From IMG/VR virus record IMGVR_UViG_2061766007_000586, positions 96,001 to 160,000 of that record: 64,000 nucleotides of DNA. One strand, 5' to 3'. How positions within the stretch are numbered: position 1 is the first letter of the stretch; the number at the start of each line of letters is the position of its first letter. Made by a program: the position numbers and the translations under genes. Below, one piece after another: positions 48,983 to 58,576 of this stretch. The notes under the pieces were generated by a model. It saw only the letters and a program-made list of their open reading frames with translations, was not told the origin of the DNA and made no database searches. Source of the DNA: a virus. Its lineage: Duplodnaviria; Caudoviricetes.

Positions 48983-50014
48983 TTAATCTTTATTTAAACC
49001 GAGCATAGTTCGGTAATCTTGTTTACAAAGTTCTTGTGTAAAAATATAAAGATCTTTTGCAACAATCTCTTCAAGTGGTTTGATACGATTTAACATTTGT
49101 CGTGATGTTAGATTATCGAGCACAAGTGACACAACAAGCATAACTGCTATTTCTTTTGTGTACACTGGCATAGGAACTTTATATTCTTTAAATTTCTTGA
49201 AATGATCTTCCCAATATTCAACATGATGATTGACCTTGAGATGATGTTCTTTTAAAAACACCGGTTCTTCCTTTGGCTGAATATCGTTGTAAGCAGCGAA
49301 TAAAGGAAGTTGATCATTGTTTAATTTTTGGATGTCATAGTTCTTAACATATTTGTCAAGAACTTTTCGATTTAAATCAGAATAGATATCACAGAGTTCT
49401 CTTATATAAACTGAAACTGTTTCGTTTCTTTGCTTCATCTTGTCTAAAAATCTCTTGATAGAATCAACATTCGTATCATTAACTGGTGCTTTATTACGAT
49501 CAGTTTGTTCAACTAATTTGTTAATAATCCCACCAATGTAAGTAGCAAAATCTTGTGTTGAGTACCAATGTAAAGGAGCACGATCAATGAGATCCCATTG
49601 TCTATCGTTTGGTGCTAACTTTGCTAGCCATGGTGCAAGTTCTAAGAAAAGATCTTCAGCAAGATCTGTTGATTCGTAAACGTTTCTAAATTCTGAGAAA
49701 GATTCATCTGATAAATTCTTCAGCATTTCGTATAAATGATTCTCATCGAATTTATCACGTAGTGCAAATAAAGTATCAAGTTCATAACTGTCGTCAACAA
49801 AATCATCAACTACATAATCAGCTTCAATACCAAATTCTTTGACTTCAGCAAAAACTAATTCAAGGGCAACATGGAGAAGATAACGATCTGTAATTTCTTC
49901 TTGTTGATATTCATCAGTAGAACTTTTATATTGTTGGTTTTCAAAATAATCATTAATGACCGGAGATAAAAATCTCGCTTTACTAATGATTTCCTGTTCA
50001 AAAGATTCGTTCAT
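48983..50014 (-). CDS. Hypothetical protein, late-expressed (start reassigned to 50014)
   Basis: RBS aaggag before MNESFEQE; late motif CATGGTATG at 50043-50051. Confidence 0.8.
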   Translation of the reverse strand: MNESFEQEIISKARFLSPVINDYFENQQYKSSTDEYQQEEITDRYLLHVALELVFAEVKEFGIEADYVVDDFVDDSYELDTLFALRDKFDENHLYEMLKNLSDESFSEFRNVYESTDLAEDLFLELAPWLAKLAPNDRQWDLIDRAPLHWYSTQDFATYIGGIINKLVEQTDRNKAPVNDTNVDSIKRFLDKMKQRNETVSVYIRELCDIYSDLNRKVLDKYVKNYDIQKLNNDQLPLFAAYNDIQPKEEPVFLKEHHLKVNHHVEYWEDHFKKFKEYKVPMPVYTKEIAVMLVVSLVLDNLTSRQMLNRIKPLEEIVAKDLYIFTQELCKQDYRTMLGLNKD

Positions 50015-50102
50015 AAATAAACTCCTTTTAAAAGAGGGTAAGCATACCATGCTTGGTTATTCTATACATAAATCTTAAAAACAATTATGCAAGGATCTTA
50101 AG

Positions 50103-50951
50103 ATGATGACTCTATTACAAGAATATGAAGAGTGTGAAGATCTGTTCGCATTAACTGATCAATTTGTTGCTTATGGTGAAAAATTAAGCAACATGTTAGA
50201 TAATTTGAAAGTTGTATATCATTGCATTGAACGAGAAGTTAGCAATGAAGGTATTATGCTTCTTAATTCTCTTATCAGTCTTGAAGCAGATATAAATGCT
50301 ACTGCCATGACTGAAGGTAGAGTAACAGCTAGTAAAGGAAATAAAAAATCAGCTTTATCTAATGCTGTTATGAAAGCTCAATCTATTATGGGTAAGTTAA
50401 GAGAGTTTATGAGAACAGCCGGAAATTGGTTTAATACTTTCTTTACAAAAGCTGCAGCAACCGGTATCAACATATCGAACCAACTCACACAACGTATCTT
50501 AGATATTCAGAATAAAAACAATAATCTGAATTATAAAGTGCGTAACATTTATCTCGAAGTAAATAATGCTACCTTGACTCCTTGGCTTGGTCGTATTACT
50601 GGATTAAATTCTCGTGAAGACTTAGCTAAGATGTATGCTGAAATGAGAAACAATTTAGAGTCAAGAGTAGTTAAAGATACAAAGGAATTATCGAAAGAAG
50701 ATATGGTTAATCTTCTTCGTGGATATTCTGAAGCAAACAAACGAATAAGTTCTGAACGAACAACTGCTTCCCGTTTTTATCAATCAACGATTCAGAATGC
50801 ACAAAATGAAAAAGATCAGGCCAAGATCAAATTGTATCAAGACCGAATGACCGCTGCAATCAATTGTGCAAATTATATTGTTCGTTTTATCTTCAGAAAT
50901 TCGATGAAGCTATTGGCTTCAACGGCACAAAATATAAAACAAAATGGATAA
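50103..50951 (+). CDS. Putative internal head protein with S-x-E-cleaved propeptide (282 aa)
   Basis: Acidic N-terminus with VSNE and ISLE sites, then a basic helical domain. Confidence 0.7.
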   Translation: MMTLLQEYEECEDLFALTDQFVAYGEKLSNMLDNLKVVYHCIEREVSNEGIMLLNSLISLEADINATAMTEGRVTASKGNKKSALSNAVMKAQSIMGKLREFMRTAGNWFNTFFTKAAATGINISNQLTQRILDIQNKNNNLNYKVRNIYLEVNNATLTPWLGRITGLNSREDLAKMYAEMRNNLESRVVKDTKELSKEDMVNLLRGYSEANKRISSERTTASRFYQSTIQNAQNEKDQAKIKLYQDRMTAAINCANYIVRFIFRNSMKLLASTAQNIKQNG

Positions 50952-51020
50952 CAAACGACGACGGGTTTGTGACTGACATGGTGATTTCTCTCCATTTGTT
51001 AGTTCCTTATTGAGGTTCTG

Positions 51021-51053
51021 AAGGACTACGGGGTAAACCCGTAGTCCTGTTTT
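51021..51053 (+). terminator. Intrinsic terminator; same stem as 45522-45554
   Basis: aaggactacggg-gtaaa-cccgtagtcct-gtttt. Confidence 0.9.
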
Positions 51054-51100
51054 ATTTTTATGTTTATGCTTAATTTTATAACGAGATAAGAGAGGTAAAA

Positions 51101-51562
51101 ATGAGACCGAAAATTACAATTTACACCGATGGTAGTTATCGAGGAAAACTACGAACCGGCGGATATGCAGCATTCATTACAGATCAATACGGACACTACA
51201 TGTTGGTTGGTGATGGAATGCCTAACACTACAATTTCAAGAATGGAATTATCTGCTATGTTAGCAGGTATTTCTTATCTTCAAGATGGATGTGATGTTGT
51301 TTTTATTTCAGATAGTCAGTATGCTTGTAATGTTGTAAATAAATGGTTATCTGGATGGATTCAAAATAACTTTACAAAACAAGATGGATCATCTGTATCA
51401 AATCAAGATATTTTGTCAGCTCTCCAGTTTCATATTTCAAGAATGCATTCTGTAGAAGCTTTATGGGTGAAGAGTCATACAGGTTACACAGATGATCTAA
51501 GTTTAGGAAATGAATTGTGTGATAATGCTGCTGTTGCTTATGCAATACGAGCAGCAAAATAA
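51101..51562 (+). CDS. rnhA: Ribonuclease HI
   Basis: IYTDGS, TT.SRMEL.A, SDSQY, NQDI, WVKSH.G and GNELCD.AA motifs. Confidence 0.95.
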   Translation: MRPKITIYTDGSYRGKLRTGGYAAFITDQYGHYMLVGDGMPNTTISRMELSAMLAGISYLQDGCDVVFISDSQYACNVVNKWLSGWIQNNFTKQDGSSVSNQDILSALQFHISRMHSVEALWVKSHTGYTDDLSLGNELCDNAAVAYAIRAAK

Positions 51563-51590
51563 AAAAATAAATCATGTATATTAATTTTAT

Positions 51591-51815
51591 GCAAATTGGG
51601 CGCAGGTCAATTTAAGAACTAGACAGGCCGGAACGGTGCACAGTGATGGTGTGCGTAGTTCGGACGTTACTAATTTTCATGTGTGTTGAAATTCGTGCTA
51701 GGAAGCAACCACTACCAAAGCGAACGTAGCTCGTGTGAAAATGGTGATTAATGCGTGTAGTTTGTTTCATACCGGAGCGGGATGGCCATCCCGCTCCGGT
51801 ACCTTTCTTTTTATT
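51591..51815 (+). ncRNA. Unknown structured RNA of about 200 nt
   Basis: Starts at the G of a TATG late motif; GCAAAUUG..GCGCA pairs with UGCGU.UAGUUUGU; two internal hairpins; ends in a strong terminator. Confidence 0.6.
51770..51801. terminator. Perfect 32-bp palindromic terminator, bidirectional
   Basis: taccggagcgggatgg/ccatcccgctccggta; U-tract on the plus strand; just past the polymerase stop on the minus strand. Confidence 0.9.
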
Positions 51816-53904
51816 TTTCAACTTGTTCATACAGTTCAGAGAATAACATCCCTGCTGTACTACTTCCACAGTTGATATTCATCTGATTCAGAATAGAATA
51901 AGCTGGTTTCACATTTAACTCAATGAGATGCTTTACATCAATGAGTCCAATGATTTCTTCTGGAACTTTTTCTAGTGCTGGATTAATGATCAACTTGGAA
52001 GGATATTTTGGATTTGTTTTCAACCAAATACTAAGATTCTTATAGAACGCTGGATGAGTTTTCTGTATCTGTTCCATATACTCCTTTGTTGGATATATGG
52101 ATGGGAATGCAATTACTTTCACAGGTCTTGTGATATTACCATATTTCTTGGCAAGTAAGTTTTCCCAAAATCTAAATCCAATCAGAATGGGTTGATTTGG
52201 ATTCTTATAATCCTTATCCATTTTGATAGATTCAGTATTCAGATATTTGATCTCTCCAGATAAGAGAGATTCTCTCATTCCATTTTCAAATCGAACCATA
52301 GCTTCGATTAACTCATAGGCAGATACTTGACCAGTCATTGCTGGTTTCATAATCTTTTCTACGAGCAAGTCTTCAATGAATTTGTTAACATCGTCAGCCT
52401 TGGAAGATCCACGTAAAGCTTGACCTTTGATATCAACTTTTGGTGGATTTAAAATAGAACCTTCTTGAACTTTAACAATAGAGGCATATGTCTTCTTTGC
52501 ATTGGTTAACAAGAAGATTGGATACAGGAATTCATTCTTAAACATCAGTGTTTTCATATACGGATCTGTAACACCAAGCTTAATAGAGAATCGATGCATC
52601 ACATAACTAACGATATTACTAAGCCAATACACACAAAGTGCATTGATACCAAGAGATTCATTGTCGACATAGAACTTTTCAGATCCATGATACCAGTCAG
52701 CCCATTGCTTAGTTGTAAACATAGAACTATCGGTATCTTGGAGAACCACAGTATTTCTCTTAGAGAACTGACCACGAATTTTGATATTTGGAATATCACA
52801 ATCTGTGTTACAGAATGTGTCAAAGATATCTTCCATATCATCGAGTCGTTCTTTAATACCTTTACAAATACCGAGAAGAATCGGAATATAATTTTGATGA
52901 GATTTTACAATATCATCAATGGAATGTTCTCCCAATGCTTCAGTGAATGCAACAGCAACAAGAATTTTGATAGAATCTGGTATCGCTTTCACATCATCAA
53001 CAGTTCCTTCAATTGGTGGATAGGAACTAGCATCAAGTAGATGTTGAATATGTGGCTTGAAAAATTCTTCGTTATACTGAATGATATTTCTGAAATTACA
53101 ATAATAGAACAAGAAACTTACTTGAGCAGGTCTGATTTTCATAACCAGATCTTTTACTCTCAGATAATTCTCTTCTTTTGTATATTTCGAGAAATGATAT
53201 TTGTAATATTGATAAAGCGTTTCAGCGTCAATTTGTTTCATGTGATATTTATTAATCACAGATTCAATTTGACTATCTTCAGGAGCATGTGCTAAATTAA
53301 CAAGAATATAATTAAGTAATTCTTGTTCACTCCACCAAGCAAATTGACCACCTAAGAATTGTTCAGTGGTTGTAGAAGATCTACGAACCATAGCTCTTCC
53401 TGTGCTAGTGATAGTATTATAAGCGCATTTATCAAAGAAGATTGAATATGCACTTGCATAAGCACCTGGAAGAGAATTCATCAGGATCTTAATAGATGCC
53501 TGAATATACCAATATCGATTGGCTTCTGTATATTCTCCAGCTGCTAATGCTTTTAACTGTTTCTTCTTGACAGTACCTCTTTCTTTCTTTTTATAGTTCA
53601 AGAATTCAGATACTGGGGAAGGACAATCTGTTGTTGAATAATAAACTCCACCATTTGGAGCAACGACTTTATCATTAAGCTCTCGCAAGAATTTATAGAG
53701 ATCAGATTTTTTAACTTCAGTTTGACCTCTACCTACTGCTTTGACATAAATGACAGATTTTGGTTGATAGGTTTCTTTTACTCGTTGTCGAACAATAGCT
53801 TCGGCTTTTTCTGGTTTATAACCATATCGAGTAATCAGATAACTTTTCATTGTCTTTAAATATGACATGAAAAGATCAGGACGTTTTACTTGTGTATGAC
53901 TCAT
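51811..53904 (-). CDS. Family B DNA polymerase, C-terminal subunit of a split polymerase (phiKZ gp82-like)
   Basis: Motif B KILMNSLPGA, motif C QDTDS, KNEF, KKTYA, IKG; no exonuclease motifs and no motif A seen. Confidence 0.88.
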   Translation of the reverse strand: MSHTQVKRPDLFMSYLKTMKSYLITRYGYKPEKAEAIVRQRVKETYQPKSVIYVKAVGRGQTEVKKSDLYKFLRELNDKVVAPNGGVYYSTTDCPSPVSEFLNYKKKERGTVKKKQLKALAAGEYTEANRYWYIQASIKILMNSLPGAYASAYSIFFDKCAYNTITSTGRAMVRRSSTTTEQFLGGQFAWWSEQELLNYILVNLAHAPEDSQIESVINKYHMKQIDAETLYQYYKYHFSKYTKEENYLRVKDLVMKIRPAQVSFLFYYCNFRNIIQYNEEFFKPHIQHLLDASSYPPIEGTVDDVKAIPDSIKILVAVAFTEALGEHSIDDIVKSHQNYIPILLGICKGIKERLDDMEDIFDTFCNTDCDIPNIKIRGQFSKRNTVVLQDTDSSMFTTKQWADWYHGSEKFYVDNESLGINALCVYWLSNIVSYVMHRFSIKLGVTDPYMKTLMFKNEFLYPIFLLTNAKKTYASIVKVQEGSILNPPKVDIKGQALRGSSKADDVNKFIEDLLVEKIMKPAMTGQVSAYELIEAMVRFENGMRESLLSGEIKYLNTESIKMDKDYKNPNQPILIGFRFWENLLAKKYGNITRPVKVIAFPSIYPTKEYMEQIQKTHPAFYKNLSIWLKTNPKYPSKLIINPALEKVPEEIIGLIDVKHLIELNVKPAYSILNQMNINCGSSTAGMLFSELYEQVEK

Positions 53905-53946
53905 ACTTTCTCCTAGTTAAGTATAAGATTTTATCGTCATATATTT

Positions 53947-53958
53947 TAGTAATATATA
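53947..53958 (-). promoter_or_regulatory. Early-type promoter TATATATTACTA
   Basis: Exact repeat of the 12-mer, 43 nt upstream of the polymerase. Confidence 0.75.
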
Positions 53959-53981
53959 GAGTTTCCGAGAATGAATTGTTC

Positions 53982-53990
53982 CATTTTATG
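53982..53990 (+). promoter_or_regulatory. Late-type promoter CATTTTATG
   Basis: Identical to the motif at 16354; upstream of the head-protein array. Confidence 0.6.
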
Positions 53991-54023
53991 CATGTAAATA
54001 AAATAACCTATAGGAAAAGCGTT

Positions 54024-54779
54024 ATGCTAAATTTTAAAGGTTTAAATAATAGTCAAGAAGATTTATCAGATGCAGCTATGATGACTATTGCATTAGGTAC
54101 TCAATTGACATTTGCAATAGCTGGTATTGCGTCTGTTCTTTCTTATCTCTATATTCGTAAACAAACGATTGAATTTATTAAAAAATATTGGACAAAAATT
54201 TGTTCCTATATTGAGAAGCAAGAATCAGATGATGACTTTTACACAGAAGATCATGCAGTACTTTACGTAAAAGATATTCTTAAAATGCAAAAAGAATATA
54301 TCAAAGTATGTGAAAAACTTACGCAATTACCCAAGCCAACTCCTAATGACACTATAGATTCATATGAAGTAAGATTTACTGATTTTATGAAAGATATAGA
54401 GCTAGAATATAAGCTTAAACCTGCTGTTGATAGTTATAAAAATGCAGGTTATTTAAATGGTCGTGATATTACTGAGTTGTATGAGAACATTGATAAAGTT
54501 ATAGATTCTTGGCGCAAAGCTGTTAAAGTTATTAAAAGCTTACCATTTAAATTTAAAAATACCTATTACATAGCGAAAATACTTCGAGAGTTACGAGCAG
54601 ATGACTTGGTTATATTTGCAGGAAATACTTGGGTTATTCGTGATAATAACGGTCCTGCTATGGAAGTAAATCGTTATGTGTGGTGGGTACATTCACATAT
54701 TGTGAAAAAAATTTTAAAACGTGTTAAAAAAGATTTTCAAAAATATCAAAAACAAAATAAGGATACTGAAAATGATTAA
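54024..54779 (+). CDS. Internal head protein paralog, family A (start reassigned to 54024)
   Basis: MLNFKGLNNSQE-D site, hydrophobic helix, KIC.YI motif and YKNAGYL motif. Confidence 0.8.
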   Translation: MLNFKGLNNSQEDLSDAAMMTIALGTQLTFAIAGIASVLSYLYIRKQTIEFIKKYWTKICSYIEKQESDDDFYTEDHAVLYVKDILKMQKEYIKVCEKLTQLPKPTPNDTIDSYEVRFTDFMKDIELEYKLKPAVDSYKNAGYLNGRDITELYENIDKVIDSWRKAVKVIKSLPFKFKNTYYIAKILRELRADDLVIFAGNTWVIRDNNGPAMEVNRYVWWVHSHIVKKILKRVKKDFQKYQKQNKDTEND

Positions 54780-55371
54780 TCTTGGTATTGTAAATTCTTT
54801 TGAGCAATATGAAGTAAGTCAAGAAGATTTGTCAATTGTACAGCAGATTGCTGTAACATTATTACCTGCCAGTGCTGCCATAATTGGAGCTGCAGGATAC
54901 TTCATGATTTCTGAATCCGGAATAATCGGAAGATTACTTAATAAAGTTCTTGATAAAGCTGCTGATAATGCAGCAAAGCAAGAGCAAATGGTTAAGAATA
55001 AAAAAGAAATTTTAGTGCATATTTATAAATTAGCTAGAGCACATAGAGATGCTTGTAGTAAGCTTGGTTCTGACAAAATGAAAAAAGTATTTCCAGAAAC
55101 TGTAACTAATAAAGTTGATGACTATATTGCTGCATTAAAACAAGGTACACAGTTATCACCAACTGGAAAATATACTTATGCAGAAGCAGGATTTTTAGAT
55201 GCTAACAAAGTATCTGAATTTTTACGTTTATTTGGAAATAGTCAGACAAAAGGTCGTGAAATGAAAGCTGACACAAAAATTGCTGGCTTAAGTATTATGA
55301 GGCAATTTTTAAGTGTTACTAAAGCTATCGGTTCTCGTTTATCAGCATTTAAAAAATTTCAGAAGGCTTGA
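54772..55371 (+). CDS. Internal head protein paralog, family A (start reassigned to 54772)
   Basis: MINLG...VSQE-D, hydrophobic helix, YAEAGFLDA. Confidence 0.8.
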   Translation: MINLGIVNSFEQYEVSQEDLSIVQQIAVTLLPASAAIIGAAGYFMISESGIIGRLLNKVLDKAADNAAKQEQMVKNKKEILVHIYKLARAHRDACSKLGSDKMKKVFPETVTNKVDDYIAALKQGTQLSPTGKYTYAEAGFLDANKVSEFLRLFGNSQTKGREMKADTKIAGLSIMRQFLSVTKAIGSRLSAFKKFQKA

Positions 55372-55377
55372 TTAATT

Positions 55378-56808
55378 ATGATGCAATTAAATAATATCAA
55401 CAGCAACGGTAATGTTGAACAGAGTCAGGAAGATGCTTCAGGTCTTGTAGCTTTTGGTATTCTGGCTGCTATTGTCGGTGCTATGACACTCTTTGCTAAG
55501 ATTCAGGAAAGTAAAGATAGAAAAGTTTGGGACTTTGTTACACATCATTATTTAAAGATTTGTAACTTCATCAAAGATCATCAGCAAGATGATCCTTATT
55601 ACTTTGAAAACACAAAGCATCTCTACAAAGTGAAAGATGTTGCTGATACAGCAGTAGCATTCTTAAAGGTTCTTTCAGTTGCATTAACTGCACCAAGACC
55701 AAAATCCTATCAGGATAGTAGAGAGTATATGGAAGAGTTTGAACAATTCCTTTCAAAGAAATCTCTTCCAAAAATAAAAGATTATCTTTCATCTGAAATG
55801 ACTCTGAATGATGCAGGTTATCTTGATTATGCTCTTGTCAAGAAAGTATTTGATACTGAAAGAGACATCTGTTTTAATCTGAATAAATTCTGGTCATTTG
55901 CTTGCAACTGTGCTTATGACTTAGATGCAGATCCGAATGAGATTTATTATAAGCTCATGGGTAGAATCAAACGTTTCACTGATGGCATCGGTGGACAAGC
56001 AATTGTTTATGATTGCGACGTTGTGTTCTATGTTGTAAGAGAGATTGTAAAACATGTTCTTAAGAAATATGAGAAGTGGAAAAAATCTAATGAAGAATTA
56101 GAAGATAAACTTCTCGCAGATCTTTTGAAACTTGAGTTTAAGGTTTCTCAATTTGCGAAGCAATATAAAGATCAGAATTTCAAGCAAGATGTTGTGAAAC
56201 TTACTGAGAAGTATCATTCAGAAGAATGCATGAAATTTGCTGAGAATATGCTCGGATGCAAAATTGATGAAGTTAAGATTGAAATTTCCGATGAGGCTTT
56301 CAATGGTATCACTAATTCATTTATCAGCGAAGCAGAAACAGTTAAAAATAAGTTAGATGAATTAGCTAAGTACTTTGCAGCAAAATCAAAAATTGTAAGT
56401 AAAGTAAATCTTCCTGATACTGTTGCTTCAAAAATTAAAGCTATGAAACTTGATTTTACTGAAATCGAAAATTCATCCATAGATGTTAAAGCACTATCAT
56501 CCAGATTAAATAGCTTAGCTAGTGCTATTGATAAAAAATGCATACAGTCTTTCAAAAAGGAGTATGCTAATAAAGATGCATCTTTGGATGGAATGAAAAA
56601 AGTTTTAACACAACTGCGCCAACTTTTAGCAGCGCTCTTCTTAATTAAGAGATACATTGAAAGTAGCAGAGGTCCAGGTGGAGAGAATGAAAAGATTGTT
56701 CCTCCTCCGAGAAAAGGTACTTCTAAATACAGTTCTGCTCCAGAGCCACGTCATCGTGCGTTCGGTAGTAAAGAATTTGGTCCAGCATATCACAATGGGA
56801 TGTTTTAA
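55378..56808 (+). CDS. Internal head protein, fusion of family A and family B modules (476 aa)
   Basis: QSQE-D, hydrophobic helix and DAGYLD, followed by an internal KSNEEL...HSEECMKFAENML module. Confidence 0.8.
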   Translation: MMQLNNINSNGNVEQSQEDASGLVAFGILAAIVGAMTLFAKIQESKDRKVWDFVTHHYLKICNFIKDHQQDDPYYFENTKHLYKVKDVADTAVAFLKVLSVALTAPRPKSYQDSREYMEEFEQFLSKKSLPKIKDYLSSEMTLNDAGYLDYALVKKVFDTERDICFNLNKFWSFACNCAYDLDADPNEIYYKLMGRIKRFTDGIGGQAIVYDCDVVFYVVREIVKHVLKKYEKWKKSNEELEDKLLADLLKLEFKVSQFAKQYKDQNFKQDVVKLTEKYHSEECMKFAENMLGCKIDEVKIEISDEAFNGITNSFISEAETVKNKLDELAKYFAAKSKIVSKVNLPDTVASKIKAMKLDFTEIENSSIDVKALSSRLNSLASAIDKKCIQSFKKEYANKDASLDGMKKVLTQLRQLLAALFLIKRYIESSRGPGGENEKIVPPPRKGTSKYSSAPEPRHRAFGSKEFGPAYHNGMF

Positions 56809-56810
56809 TT

Positions 56811-57545
56811 ATGAACTTTGGTAAATTAAATGTAAATGATTCATCGGAGAGTATTGTCATAGCTGGTGTTGCAGCTGGTGCTGTGTATGCTGCTCTATTA
56901 TCATGGGTTACTGTATGCTTAATAAAAGATCATCGTGATAAAAAAATAAGAGAATATATTAATTTGCATTATGATAAAATTTGTGAGTTTATCAATAAAG
57001 CAAGAAAAGATGATCCATTCTTTTTTACAGAAAAAAGAGATTTGCACAAAATCAACGATATTGCTAAATTAATGGAGAAATTCAAAAAGTTATATGACAA
57101 AGTTTCTCAAGTACCTATGCCAAATGACAACGAGGATACTAAAGAATATATCAAAAAACTTCAAGCAATGTTTAGAGAATTTGATATATCTGATCTTGCT
57201 CGTAAACATGAAACTTCTTCATTAACTTATAAAGAAGCAGGTTATCTTGATGCAAATTTAGTTAAAAAGACTTTCTCAATTGATAAATTTGCATGGGATA
57301 GTTATGCAAAAGCATCCGGCGTTATAGACGACATTGCATTTCATTTTCAAAGTAAATTTGATGAAAGTTTTTACAGTTACGTAAAAGATGATCCTACGTT
57401 GAAATACATATTCTGGTATGATCATATGACAGATTCTCCACCTGATATGTCTGGAATAGAAGTATTTCAGAATATCAAAGTGATACTTAAAAATGTCAAG
57501 AAAGAATTTGAAGAGATGAGAAAATCTTCAAAAAACTCTGAATAA
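56811..57545 (+). CDS. Internal head protein paralog, family A (244 aa)
   Basis: MNFG...DSSE, hydrophobic helix, HYDKICEFI, YKEAGYLDA. Confidence 0.82.
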   Translation: MNFGKLNVNDSSESIVIAGVAAGAVYAALLSWVTVCLIKDHRDKKIREYINLHYDKICEFINKARKDDPFFFTEKRDLHKINDIAKLMEKFKKLYDKVSQVPMPNDNEDTKEYIKKLQAMFREFDISDLARKHETSSLTYKEAGYLDANLVKKTFSIDKFAWDSYAKASGVIDDIAFHFQSKFDESFYSYVKDDPTLKYIFWYDHMTDSPPDMSGIEVFQNIKVILKNVKKEFEEMRKSSKNSE

Positions 57546-57551
57546 CTTACT

Positions 57552-57577
57552 GTGCCTAGGGACATGTCCTTAGGCAC
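57552..57577 (+). terminator. Intrinsic terminator
   Basis: gtgccta-gggac-at-gtcct-taggcac plus U-tract. Confidence 0.8.
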
Positions 57578-57606
57578 TTTCTTCTTTGATTATATATAGT
57601 TATAAT

Positions 57607-57615
57607 CATTGTATG
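57607..57615 (+). promoter_or_regulatory. Late-type promoter CATTGTATG
   Basis: Recurring motif directly after a terminator. Confidence 0.6.
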
Positions 57616-57670
57616 CATGCTGGTCATTTACCATAATTTAAAATAACAATCAATATAAGGGACTTTTATT

Positions 57671-58516
57671 ATGGGTCTTAATCTTGGTCTTGAAGGCCTC
57701 GTTGTTCCTGAGGCTGAAGTTAAATTTTCAAACGAAGAATTACTTCGTTCCACTTTATCTGCTTCTGTCGCACAGAATCACATGGATAAAGCGTTTCGTG
57801 ATTTACATGAATTACTCCGTAATGCTGCTAACTACACAGAAATTCTGAATAGTCTACAGAAACATTCATCCAACGAATGCTTAGCTTATGCATCTGAACT
57901 TCTGAATCAGAGTATTTCTTCTACAGAAGATGCAAAAGCAATCGTAAAGAATGCTATCAGTACTGCTGGTGCAAAGATTGCACAGGCTGCAGTAGTGGCT
58001 GGTAAAGCTTTGAAAGATTGGCTTCATACATTAATAGCATGGTGTAGTGAACTTATCAAGAAAGTCAGAGATGCCATTCATGAAAAAGCTGAAGCCAAAC
58101 GCAATGCTCAGGATGAGGAAAACATTGCAAAAGCAAGAGCTATCTTCCATACGAAGCCAAAAGTTGCTACGATGGAAGCGGCAACAGATATCATGCAGGC
58201 AATGAGGAATAATAGCTTTAGTAGACCGCAAGAAATGTCAAAATTAGTCGCATGCTTACGTGAAAATGGAACTGAAGAGATTACCGATAAAGCTGGAGCG
58301 ATGAATTATCTTCGTATTGCAAAAGATATGTTCTCTACAGCTGCTAATTGGGTTGGTGGTGCTCTTAAAAAAATTGGTGAATCTGCACAGTTTAAAGCTT
58401 GTATGGCTATTTTGAAATCATTCTGTGAGAAACTTAAAAACGGCATTATGAATGCTGTTAAGTGGGCTCTCAAGCGTGGTGGCGAAGCTACTGTTAAAGC
58501 TAGTGAAAGTATTTGA
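57671..58516 (+). CDS. Internal head protein paralog, family B (281 aa)
   Basis: MGLNLGLE, FSNEEL, SSNECLAYASELL and SSTE sites. Confidence 0.82.
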   Translation: MGLNLGLEGLVVPEAEVKFSNEELLRSTLSASVAQNHMDKAFRDLHELLRNAANYTEILNSLQKHSSNECLAYASELLNQSISSTEDAKAIVKNAISTAGAKIAQAAVVAGKALKDWLHTLIAWCSELIKKVRDAIHEKAEAKRNAQDEENIAKARAIFHTKPKVATMEAATDIMQAMRNNSFSRPQEMSKLVACLRENGTEEITDKAGAMNYLRIAKDMFSTAANWVGGALKKIGESAQFKACMAILKSFCEKLKNGIMNAVKWALKRGGEATVKASESI

Positions 58517-58528
58517 TCAAAAAACAAA

Positions 58529-58560
58529 CGAGGATAGGATCTTTTCAGATCCTATCCTCG
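58529..58560. terminator. Terminator between convergent genes
   Basis: Stem cgaggataggatct/agatcctatcctcg; U-tract on the minus strand. Confidence 0.88.
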
Positions 58561-58576
58561 AATGCTTTAGAACGTA

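Noticed and set aside
51612-51869. 85-aa minus-strand ORF
   Set aside because: It overlaps the polymerase 3-prime end and runs through the palindromic terminator.
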